The notes beneath the pieces are model-generated. The model did no database searches. It was not told where the DNA came from and saw only the letters and a list, made by a program, of their open reading frames with translations. The translations under genes were made by a program, and so were the position numbers. A stretch of DNA of 62,085 nt, filler included, from Sanchytrium tribonematis (taxonomy: Eukaryota): the NCBI GenBank assembly GCA_018985235.1. It is 8 parts of 8 records of this genome, joined end to end, with 100 filler letters (N's around TTAATTAATTAA, not from the genome) between each part and the next. Parts side by side here need not be neighbours in the genome. Positions count along the whole stretch, not along the records: positions 51,972 to 56,983 come from JADGIG010000648.1; positions 57,084 to 62,085 come from JADGIG010000649.1; 6 more parts are not named here. One strand, given 5' to 3'. Position 1 is the stretch's first letter, and each line of letters opens with the position of its first letter. Of this stretch, positions 53,495 through 62,085 are shown piece by piece.

Positions 53495-54452
53495 ATGAAT
53501 TTCTTTAAAACTAAGTCAAAAACTCCCCAAGAGCTTGTCAAGTCTTTGAGAGACTCGATTACAAGTAGCAAGTTTGACGAATCCAACAGAATCATAAATC
53601 AGTTAAAAGTAAGCGAGGATGAGCAACTTTTACAAGTTTTGCAGGAATTTATTGCTAGTGACACCCTATATCTGACATTACTACATATGCAACATTATGA
53701 GTTCGAGGCTAAAAAAGATTTAGTTTATTTGGTCAGCGTTTTGTTGCGAAAGCACGCAAACACTTTAGTTGATTATATGGTTGATCGAGAATCTAAACAA
53801 ACTCAATTATTAAGTTATTGGATTGGGAATTACAGTAACGCCGATATTGCATTAAATTGCGGTATGCTTCTGAGAGAGTGCATTCGATACAATGGCCTTG
53901 CTTTTCTAATTTTAGAAAACAAACAGCTTTTGGAGCAATTTTTTCAATTAGTTGAATTACAAACATTTGACATAAGCAGCGATGCTTTTGCCACCTTTAA
54001 GGAACTTCTCACAAAGCATCCAATTGACGAATTTTTGGAGAAAAACTATGATTATTTTTTTGAAAAATATACAACTCTTTTAAATAGTCAAAATTATGTT
54101 ACAAAACGGCAATCGCTCAAACTCCTCGGCGAGATTCTTTTAGACAAACAAAATTATAATGTCATGATGAAGTACATTTCAAATGTTGACAATCTGAAAT
54201 TGCTTATGAATTTGTTAAGGGACAAATCTAAAAATATCCAATATGAGGCATTTCATGTGTTCAAGGTCGTTATTATTTACCTAGATTTTCGTTGCTAATC
54301 CAAACAAGACTGAGCAAGTGAAAGATATACTACTTAAAAATAAGGAAAAACTGCTTCTATTTTTGAGCAATTTTCACAACGATAGGACAGAAGATGAACA
54401 ATTTATGGATGAAAAAGCCTACTTAATACGACAAATACAGGACCTGGAATAG
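53495..54452 (+). CDS. HYM1: MO25/CAB39/Hym1; 2 exons (intron 54266-54284)
   Basis: [29 protein letters not shown]; splicing restores [15 protein letters not shown]. Confidence 0.97.
54266..54284 (+). other. 19-nt spliceosomal intron GTCGTTATTATTTACCTAG
   Basis: Exact restoration of the conserved FHVFKxFVANP. Confidence 0.95.
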
Positions 54453-54774
54453 CAAATCTTCAGATGAATAAATATAAAATTGTTCTTAATTGGTAAGCAT
54501 CAAGACACTCTTATTTTTAACAATTTTCGAGGGAATTTTTTGACTAGTTGGTGCGCATTATCTGTTTACTGAATATGATTCTTGGAAGCCGATTGATTGT
54601 TTTTCAATATAGAACTGGAATTGTGGGACGAATTCATTTTTTTGCTTGCATATTCGTTCATTGAAATTTAAGGACTTTCCGACAATATGATTGGGTGGAA
54701 GGCACTTGGTGGTAATTGATTCGTTATAAACACCTAATTGAAGATTAAAAACTAATTGTTCCTTTAATTACACG

Positions 54775-55470
54775 ATGTTTTGGATCAACGCAATACTAGC
54801 TCTAGATATCTCGTCAATTCTCTCAAACCCAGAAATCACTCAAATTGCATCACAATTTATTCAATCCCCGCAACTTACAAGCTTGTTGAGCAACCCAGAA
54901 CTTTCCGGAATATTTCAAAATCCAAATATTCAAAGCATTTTGGCTAGTCCTCAAGTTCAGTCACTTTTACAGAATCCAGAAGTACAAAAGGCAATTTCAA
55001 GCAAGGAAAATCTAGTGGCATTTGCGAATTCCGAACAAGCTCAACAAATGCTCTCTCGGTTACCCCCTAGAGATCAGACAGTAGTCCGAAATACTGTACG
55101 ATCATTCTTGCACCAAGATACCCTAACAACTTCTATACCAGATGCCTCTACTCCAAATCTCGAATCACCCAAGGCAGATGCCCCTTCACCATCTTCAACT
55201 AAATCTTCTGATCAATCTTCATCAAATTCTGACGCAAAAACTGAAAGCACTCCTTCACCATCATCAAGTTCCGATACCCAACCTTCAGAAACTAAAAAGG
55301 CAGACCCTTCTCAAACACCGTCATCAGCTAATCCATCACCAAGTCCGACCCAGGCACTAGATGGCACAAAATACCAAGAATCGGCAGATTCCTTTCAACC
55401 CTTGGAATCTTCCTCATCGACTCTAGTGCTGAGTGTATTTGGAATATTAGCAATAAACACTTTTTTCTAG
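54775..55470 (+). CDS. Secreted, probably GPI-anchored protein with LLxNP repeats and S/P/T stalk
   Basis: Signal peptide, 9-aa periodic repeats, hydrophobic C-terminus. Confidence 0.75.
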   Translation: MFWINAILALDISSILSNPEITQIASQFIQSPQLTSLLSNPELSGIFQNPNIQSILASPQVQSLLQNPEVQKAISSKENLVAFANSEQAQQMLSRLPPRDQTVVRNTVRSFLHQDTLTTSIPDASTPNLESPKADAPSPSSTKSSDQSSSNSDAKTESTPSPSSSSDTQPSETKKADPSQTPSSANPSPSPTQALDGTKYQESADSFQPLESSSSTLVLSVFGILAINTFF

Positions 55471-55474
55471 AATA

Positions 55475-55699
55475 CTACTTTTGTCTCGGAGTTTTTAGAT
55501 GGTCTCTGGCTTGCTTAATATCATCTTGAAGCGGCTTTAAAACATCTTTTAAGCAATTTTGGTATGTTTTAAACAATTCTTCACAGGGAATATAATTATC
55601 ATATTTTGAGGGATTCTTGATAAATTCTTTTTGCCAATTCTGGAAGCATTGGTCATACGCTTTCTTGGATGGAGTGCATTTAGGATCAAGAGATTCCAT
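55475..55699 (-). CDS. MDM35: Mdm35/TRIAP1 twin-CX9C protein
   Basis: MESLDPKCTPSKKAYDQCFQNW..CEELFKTYQNCL. Confidence 0.92.
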   Translation of the reverse strand: MESLDPKCTPSKKAYDQCFQNWQKEFIKNPSKYDNYIPCEELFKTYQNCLKDVLKPLQDDIKQARDHLKTPRQK

Positions 55700-55861
55700 T
55701 TGTAAGAAAAAATTTCTGCAAAAATCAATTAAATTCTAGAGATTTATAAATTTCTTACTGAAGGCCTTGTCATTCCAGTTCAAAACTATCACTGATATGC
55801 AGTATTTGATGCATCACACACCGCGTTTGAAATAAATAAATCTGAAACAAAATATCTTTAT

Positions 55862-56983
55862 ATGCCTATTTTTCCAACCTATAAAACAACTCAAGCTAAC
55901 AGCTATATGGCTATCACTGGAGCATTCATCAAGGGAGTCAAGATCACAAGGAAAGCATGGATCCTTCCTGGTCAAAAAGTCGTCGCTTTCTCTGTTCAAC
56001 CACAAAATTATCATTTGACTGTTGAAGCAATGTCTATCGAGAAGCTACCATTTCTTCTGCCAACTACATTCACTATTGGACCAAATGTCGATGTAGCTTC
56101 TCCATTTGACTTGGAAGCCTATGCAATGTTGTTAACTGATCAAGCTAACCCAGATCATTTGAAAACTATCATACTTGGTATCGTTGAAGGAGAAACTAGA
56201 GTCATCGCTGCTGGATTGAAGATGGAAGAGATTTTTGAAGGAACTAAGAAATTCAAATCGGATATATTTGAAAAAATTCAGCTGGAATTAAAACATTTTG
56301 GTCTTTTTGTATACAATGCCAATATCAAACAACTTGAAGATAGTCCAGGGCATGAATATTTCTCATATTTAGGCAAGAAAATCCAAGTAGAGGCTGAAAA
56401 TCAAGCCAAAATTGATATCAGCGATGCAAATGCGCGAGGAACAATTGAAAGTAATTTGAAGCAGAATCACATGAAGCAGGAATTGTCGAAGCAAGATAAT
56501 GCAACTGCCCAATTTAATGTCGAACAGGAAACTCGCACAAAGAAATTTCAAAAGGCAAATGAGATTGAGGTCCAAAGAAACGCCAATGTAAAGACTGCAG
56601 AAATGAACATTGAGCAAACACAGCTCGCACTTACTATGGAAATTGCCACTATTGAAAGCCAGAAGAAAGGGCAAATCCGTAACCTTGAATTGGAAAAAGA
56701 ACTGTACGAAAAGAAATCCCTGGCTGAAGTTGAATCCTACAAATCCAAACTGCTTTCCAAAAATATTGTTGACAATGAAATCAAGGTCAAGGAAGCTGAT
56801 ACCTTATTATACCAAAAACAGAAAGAGGCTGAAGCTCAAATTCTGCTTGCAAAGGCAACAGCTGAAAGCGTCTCCATCGTTAAGAATGCTATGAATAACA
56901 ATATGGAATATTATCTGTACAATGAGATGATCAAAGGCGGCACCCTAGTAAAACTTGCTGAAATCAATGCCACGGCCATCAAG
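55862..56983 (+). CDS. Flotillin-like SPFH protein (plant/fungal type), 3'-partial
   Basis: YMAITG, AMSIEKLPFLLP, GIVEGETRVIAA, IYNAN-type motif, HEYFSYLG. Confidence 0.93.
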
Positions 56984-57083
56984 NNNNNNNNNNNNNNNNN
57001 NNNNNNNNNNNNNNNNNNNNNNNNNNNTTAATTAATTAANNNNNNNNNNNNNNNNNNNNNNNNNNNNNNNNNNNNNNNNNNNN
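56984..57083. other. Artificial contig linker
   Basis: Same spacer. Confidence 0.97.
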
Positions 57084-57095
57084 GCATCCTACTCT

Positions 57096-57743
57096 ATGGT
57101 TAGACCGAATATATTCAGAAGTACGAAATCAATCGAGAAGCGGTTTGCAAAGTTGGAAATCAAACGACGAAGAGCTGCTGACATTATTTACAAAGACTCT
57201 ATTACCAGTCTTGAAAGTTTATCACAATCAAGCAATTTAGCAAAAGAAACTCTTCATATCTTAAAAGTCAGCAAAGATCCCCACATGATTAATCTTAAAA
57301 AAATCAAGAGTTTGTATTCTTCACCTGATGGGATGCAATTGAACTTTTTAAACAAAAAAAGGAATGTAGTCAGTGCTTATATGAATTTTTACGCTTTAAA
57401 GTACCCCCTAATCTTTCCTAAAACTAGGCTTTTAAGGATGTTTTCCGCATTTGCTCTCGAAGATGAAGCCTGTAGGAATCTGAATCATACAACGCCATCA
57501 GCTCATAGCACTTTGGCTCAAAGAGCACGTGTATTGGCACCACATGAACCTCACTTTGTACATACTACCCTGAAAAACATATACATCCCTATTGGAAGCA
57601 CCAAGGAGCAGGTTTCAAAAGACTATAAACTCTACATCTCACAGTTAAGATCCTTTGAGGAAAACGATTTTTTTAATTTTCCAATGTATGGAACGGTCAC
57701 CACTATTATTTCCGCTGCAAAATTTAAAAATAAAATCGATTAA
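57096..57743 (+). CDS. Hypothetical basic protein
   Basis: 215-aa ORF; no family recognised. Confidence 0.55.
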   Translation: MVRPNIFRSTKSIEKRFAKLEIKRRRAADIIYKDSITSLESLSQSSNLAKETLHILKVSKDPHMINLKKIKSLYSSPDGMQLNFLNKKRNVVSAYMNFYALKYPLIFPKTRLLRMFSAFALEDEACRNLNHTTPSAHSTLAQRARVLAPHEPHFVHTTLKNIYIPIGSTKEQVSKDYKLYISQLRSFEENDFFNFPMYGTVTTIISAAKFKNKID

Positions 57744-57748
57744 TTTAC

Positions 57749-58951
57749 TTAAAACTGGCCCAAGTATTCTACAGCCAGTTGTTCAGACCAGCTATTAGTC
57801 ATTTCAAAAAAAGGAGAAAGGCGTTCAGTAAAAAAATTAAAATATCTCATCTCAGTAGGATCATTCTTAGACGAAAGCTTATCTTTGGTTATAGAAGGTA
57901 CAACTGGAGCCCATCCAACATGCCCACCATACTTTGTCAACACAAGGCCAACATTTGGATTATCTAATATTTCCTTGAATGCAATTGTTTTCTTTGGACA
58001 GACCAGGTCATCTTCAGCGTTGACAACCAAAAATGGAATTCTGACTTTGCGAACGCATCTAGAACACGCTGCAGCTTTGTAGTAATCCTGTACAGATGAA
58101 TAATTAAACACTTTTACAACAACTTGCTCGTCTAACTCTTGTAAAGAATAAGACGATCTAATTCGCGACCAATCCAGAAAGTCAAATGTTTCTTTGTTTG
58201 ACTCCAAAAACTGCTTAATAAATGATGCCAAAACCAAATTGGTGGTGTATTTCGGGATTGTTTGTTGCAAATGTTTTTCAACAGCCGGTATGTCAAATGC
58301 TACCGAATATCCGATTGCCGCTTTTAATGGGGATTCTGGATTTTCTTCCAAATAATGAAGAAGAACATTTGCGCCCAGACTAAATCCGATCGCGAATAAT
58401 GACGACGCTGGAAACATTTGGTTAACAGTATCGATTGCTAACTTGTGATCCTTAGTATGAGTTGCACAAAAGAAAATTTTGTTGGCCAACTTATAGTCTG
58501 CACACCCACGCGCATTAACTTTGATAACACGAAATCCACTTTTCTGCAATGCATAAGAGAAACTTTTCATATAACTTGCGTAATATCCTCCACACAATCC
58601 ATGAAATAGCATAACAGTGGGAGTTTTGTCGTTTTCTAAACTACCTTGAACATGTATGCTGAAAATACCACCATCATCGTTTGTCAACATGAACGTGTAT
58701 TGTTCTGGTATTTCTCGTCGCCTCAAGACTCGAAAAAGCTCAGAACCTGCAGTGTTAATGTATGGATTGGAAAACAGCCAATTTGTCGCATATCCATTTT
58801 TAATTGTCGGTATATCCATAAAAACGTTTTTTTCTGATTTAAATGTTCTTGTAGAATTAGTTAGGCGATACTGATAAAAGCCTAATATGTACAATGTAAA
58901 CAAGATCGGTGAAAAAAGGATGGCTACAAAAAGCGAGAGCGACTTTATCAT
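57749..58951 (-). CDS. Alpha/beta hydrolase, ABHD1-3/Eht1/YheT family
   Basis: HGLCGG, NARGC, GFSLGAN, NAEDD, GGHVGW. Confidence 0.92.
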   Translation of the reverse strand: MIKSLSLFVAILFSPILFTLYILGFYQYRLTNSTRTFKSEKNVFMDIPTIKNGYATNWLFSNPYINTAGSELFRVLRRREIPEQYTFMLTNDDGGIFSIHVQGSLENDKTPTVMLFHGLCGGYYASYMKSFSYALQKSGFRVIKVNARGCADYKLANKIFFCATHTKDHKLAIDTVNQMFPASSLFAIGFSLGANVLLHYLEENPESPLKAAIGYSVAFDIPAVEKHLQQTIPKYTTNLVLASFIKQFLESNKETFDFLDWSRIRSSYSLQELDEQVVVKVFNYSSVQDYYKAAACSRCVRKVRIPFLVVNAEDDLVCPKKTIAFKEILDNPNVGLVLTKYGGHVGWAPVVPSITKDKLSSKNDPTEMRYFNFFTERLSPFFEMTNSWSEQLAVEYLGQF

Positions 58952-58997
58952 CCGTGTTTAAGACAGAATTGCAATTTTATTTATAGCAAAAATTTTC

Positions 58998-59762
58998 CTA
59001 CATCATTGATACAGCTGTTACCAATATCAAACTAAAAGATGAAATTGAAGAACTAGAATAGAATTCCGGCAAACTAGGGTAATAATCTAGTTCTTCAGAA
59101 GGCTGACTGGTGGGTGCGGGTATTTTGGGCTTTTTGTATGTGTTTGTTTCTTGAGCTGTGAAATTAGTCATGAGATTGTGGGAACTGGTATTGGAATCTG
59201 CTGTACGTGTTGGAGGATTATTTTGCAAATTACTTTTACTAGAGTTATCAAGGGGCGCCTTTCCAAAATAAGGGCTGCCTTTTACTTCAATGTTATTGTT
59301 TGGCAATTCCGAGTGGTTCCTAATACCTGGATGGCTATGTTGTTGCTTTGGCCTTCGTGAAGTGGGCTTGAATGACATTGGATCTTGATCTTTCTCGCAG
59401 GGTTTGCCGTCTTCTTTGACTGAAATGTTTGATAGCGCTGTCTCTATCCTTGTTGTTTCAGGCCAAGGCACCCTTTCCTTATCCAGTGTTTTATGTGGGC
59501 TCAATTTGGGAGATTGACTTATAAATGTTTCATTGGCTCCTGAGTATCTCCCATCGTAAGGCTGATTGAGTGGCTCATCTGAGACGTCCATTGATATCAC
59601 CTCTTCATAACCATCTCCACATGGTACATCATTTGGCACTTCCTTGATTTCCTCGTATTCATCATCACAAGGCAACTCTCCTTGAAAGTAATTGCTTTTG
59701 TCTTCCACGTTTGAGATAGATAATGCGTTAATTAGAGTCAAAAACATCAATATTTGCAACAT
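58998..59762 (-). CDS. Secreted low-complexity, probably GPI-anchored protein
   Basis: Signal peptide; two PCxDxYEE repeats; hydrophobic C-terminus. Confidence 0.7.
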   Translation of the reverse strand: MLQILMFLTLINALSISNVEDKSNYFQGELPCDDEYEEIKEVPNDVPCGDGYEEVISMDVSDEPLNQPYDGRYSGANETFISQSPKLSPHKTLDKERVPWPETTRIETALSNISVKEDGKPCEKDQDPMSFKPTSRRPKQQHSHPGIRNHSELPNNNIEVKGSPYFGKAPLDNSSKSNLQNNPPTRTADSNTSSHNLMTNFTAQETNTYKKPKIPAPTSQPSEELDYYPSLPEFYSSSSISSFSLILVTAVSMM

Positions 59763-59983
59763 TAAAGTTCACAATTGGAAATCTCTATAAATAAATAGTT
59801 GATTCTATCTGAGAAAAAACTTGCGTAGAAATTGATTGGATCAATATAATGAGGACATGACTTGCATTTAACTATATTAATTCAATTGATTGCAAATGGT
59901 ATGACACTAAAAATATCATCCATTGGAAAATTACAAATTTTTTGGTAATTGATTTAATTTTGAAACATTAATCACTCAAAAAA

Positions 59984-60628
59984 ATGAATATTCCTAAATC
60001 TTTCAAACTTCATTTATTGATTGCAGCTTTGCTATTTACAATATTCATATTGATCAACTACCTCTTAAAAATGCCATATCCCCATTTCAATGCTTTCTCA
60101 TATATTCCACTTCCAAAAAATGTTATGAGCCCAGCATTAATTTATTCCACGACAATCTTATCAATCATAGTTAATGAGACTATAATAGCTTTCTATTTTT
60201 CTCCATCAGGGTTTATCTCTTTAAAATTTACTGGTTTAACAATCTTCGTATTATCACTTATTTATGCATTGTCTACTATATTAAACTTGGCAATCGTATA
60301 CCCGTCTAATTATTACATGTATGATTGCCTACCAGTCATAAAAGACAACAAATTTGTGGATTGTTTGAAGGACCCTCATCTTGATTCTTACCATTCTTTA
60401 TTTAATCAACCAATAGTCATAACGACAAGCCTTTATGTACTAAATTGCATCATGCTCACAAAATTATATGATAGATTGATGCCTAGTGCTCTTTCTTTGG
60501 CGTTTGCATTACCTTGGCTTGTATGCGTCATATACAGCCAAGTCTTGAATGGTAATGATTACATTATTGTGTTTGCTTCTCTACTTATAAGCTGCGCAAG
60601 TTTGCCAGCCATTAAGCTATACAAGTAA
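59984..60628 (+). CDS. Multi-pass membrane protein
   Basis: About six hydrophobic segments. Confidence 0.65.
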   Translation: MNIPKSFKLHLLIAALLFTIFILINYLLKMPYPHFNAFSYIPLPKNVMSPALIYSTTILSIIVNETIIAFYFSPSGFISLKFTGLTIFVLSLIYALSTILNLAIVYPSNYYMYDCLPVIKDNKFVDCLKDPHLDSYHSLFNQPIVITTSLYVLNCIMLTKLYDRLMPSALSLAFALPWLVCVIYSQVLNGNDYIIVFASLLISCASLPAIKLYK

Positions 60629-60737
60629 AAATTTACTTAATTTTATTTTTTTTCGAGCAAAGATTGAAAACCAATCAGTCGAATCTCTAAATTTATTTTC
60701 GTTTTCTGTACTACAAATAGTTTGAAACTCTTTCTTG

Positions 60738-60977
60738 ATGGAGGATTTGGTGAGGTTAATTCAACGAAGCTTTGAGAAGCTTTCTGACGAAAACACCAAG
60801 TCCATGCTAACGAGAACGCTAATTTTGACCATGTTGGACCGTGCCTTGACAGATCATCCGTTGTATTATTGCAAGGCTTTAAAACCAAATAGTTACTACG
60901 AAATGATAGACTTGCTCCTACGAAATGGAAAGATCACTAAGGCACAGATTCTGAGTGACCTGAGAAGTAAATTTTGA
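60738..60977 (+). CDS. Small hypothetical protein
   Basis: 79-aa ATG ORF fitting between neighbours. Confidence 0.5.
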   Translation: MEDLVRLIQRSFEKLSDENTKSMLTRTLILTMLDRALTDHPLYYCKALKPNSYYEMIDLLLRNGKITKAQILSDLRSKF

Positions 60978-61000
60978 ATATTTATCCAGATACAAAATAT

Positions 61001-61678
61001 TTATTTTGATCCATAAGTTTTGATGTACTCAGCTTTAGCTGCACGGGATGCTTGAAGTTTCTTGACTTTGACAGACTGAAGTCTTCTCTTTCGTTGAATT
61101 CTGATTGGAGTCACAAGTCTTTGGATCTTAGGACTCTTGACAAATTTCTTTCCGTTTTTCTCAATTTCTCTCTTAATAACGTATTTTCTAACATCATCCT
61201 TTTTGGATAAATTAAACATTTTTCTAATATTGGAAGCACGCTTTGGTCCAAGTCGTTTTGGGACTGGAGAGTCAGTCAAGCCTGCAATTGGAGCAGGACC
61301 AGTCTTGATAATTTTAAGAGATATAGCAGCTAGATCAGGACCAGCAATACATCCTCTAACAGACTTTCGCTTTCTTTCTCCCTTCTTTCTTGCACGATAA
61401 CAATATGTAGCACCTGTGCTTGGAGTTTTCAAACCTTTGTTGTTTCCAAGTAATAATCTTGTACGGTGATTAAGTAAAACACCGTTCATCATAGGAAATC
61501 CTTGTTTGTCATTACCTCCACAGATTCTTAATACATAACCTTTGAAGTCAGCGTGTAATTTATCAGCGGCAATTTCAGAAGCAATTGGCTGATCGTACAT
61601 AATTCTAAGTGCTTGTTCATCATCAATATCGTAAGATTTGTTTTGTCCCGTAATAGGGTTGTTGATGTTCAACTTCAT
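61001..61678 (-). CDS. RPS6: 40S ribosomal protein eS6
   Basis: MKLNI, GGNDKQGFPM, RKRKSVRGCI, LGPKRASNIRK, PKIQRLVTP. Confidence 0.98.
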   Translation of the reverse strand: MKLNINNPITGQNKSYDIDDEQALRIMYDQPIASEIAADKLHADFKGYVLRICGGNDKQGFPMMNGVLLNHRTRLLLGNNKGLKTPSTGATYCYRARKKGERKRKSVRGCIAGPDLAAISLKIIKTGPAPIAGLTDSPVPKRLGPKRASNIRKMFNLSKKDDVRKYVIKREIEKNGKKFVKSPKIQRLVTPIRIQRKRRLQSVKVKKLQASRAAKAEYIKTYGSK

Positions 61679-61737
61679 TCAATGATAAATGAAATTTGTT
61701 ATTTGTCCAAAAAACACGTTTTTTGGCAATTCTCCTT

Positions 61738-61887
61738 ATGATACAAAATGCCGAAAAATATCAAATTGAAGATGGTCCATGTTCTAAATTGAATGAAAAA
61801 GTATTGTTATGTTACAATGAACACAAAGACTGGAGGAAGTGCAAAAAAGAAGTCGAAGAATTTAAATTGTGTTATATGAATCATTAA
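61738..61887 (+). CDS. COA4: Twin-CX9C COX assembly factor (Coa4-like)
   Basis: CSKLNEKVLLCYNEHKDWRKCKKEVEEFKLC. Confidence 0.82.
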   Translation: MIQNAEKYQIEDGPCSKLNEKVLLCYNEHKDWRKCKKEVEEFKLCYMNH

Positions 61888-61912
61888 CAAAAATAATAAA
61901 AAGGTGTCAAAC

Positions 61913-62085
61913 ATGGAGTTTTTACTGACTTTGTACTCTACCTATAGGATTCAAATTTTGATGGCAATTCTCGCGTTTGTGATCATCTATAAACGAAAGA
62001 CAACCAGAAAATATCCTATCGTTGATTCGCAATCATTATCTCAGAGTGTGAAAATATTTTATGCCACAACCACCTTAACTTCTAA
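61913..62085 (+). CDS. 5' end of membrane-anchored flavodoxin-domain protein (TYW1/CPR-like)
   Basis: N-terminal TM then VKIFYATTTLTS; runs off the window. Confidence 0.6.
   Translation, partial: MEFLLTLYSTYRIQILMAILAFVIIYKRKTTRKYPIVDSQSLSQSVKIFYATTTLTS

Noticed and set aside
6326..54452. Stop-codon reassignment (as in some aphelids) or programmed frameshifting as the cause of split genes
   Set aside because: TAA, TAG and TGA all end conserved proteins at expected positions; the breaks are frame changes with 19-20 extra nt bounded by GT..TAG.
26142..57083. TTAATTAATTAA recurring at about 5.1-kb intervals as a biological repeat
   Set aside because: Always centred in a 100-nt N spacer; a six-frame-stop concatenation linker. 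The regular spacing reflects size-sorted contigs (5057 down to 5002 nt).
58998..59021. Possible 15- or 24-nt intron ending TGATGTAG
   Set aside because: Wrong length, and the unspliced ORF already ends in a good GPI-like signal.
61933..61947. 15-nt GT..TAG segment in the last gene
   Set aside because: Frame is open without splicing and there is no A at -6. In-frame (3n) introns cannot be detected by my approach in general.

Overview
AT-rich, extremely gene-dense eukaryotic nuclear DNA in the standard genetic code. It is not one chromosome segment: eight contigs are joined by seven artificial 100-nt linkers (N-run + TTAATTAATTAA + N-run), so adjacency across a linker means nothing. Gene content (PABP, RPS6, MO25, COG8, Erv14, SEC12, FCF1, GT71 mannosyltransferase, JSN1/Puf2-like, ADAM, DCAF12-like, mitochondrial proteins) points to an aerobic early-diverging fungus or holomycotan. 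A compact algal parasite such as a sanchytrid is my unverified guess. Main result: almost every split gene is repaired by removing a 19-nt (8 cases) or 20-nt (2 cases) GT..TAG intron. All ten introns end in T-H-A-Y-N-T-A-G, with the putative branch A fixed 6 nt from the 3' end. This is an ultra-small, length-fixed splicing system resembling heterotrich ciliate tiny introns. One intron is present in one LRR paralog and exactly absent from its tandem neighbour. Other compaction signals: start codons 12-59 nt apart head-to-head, stop codons embedded in AATAAA, and overlapping convergent CDS ends. Accessory content: a decayed Ty3/Gypsy element with a 319-bp nested insertion, a partial PIF/Harbinger transposon, tandem LRR-TM genes, two apparently secreted pseudokinases, a GH5 endoglycoceramidase-like gene and a PAN-domain surface protein with an unfamiliar helical repeat. 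All assignments are from motif recall; no searches were run.
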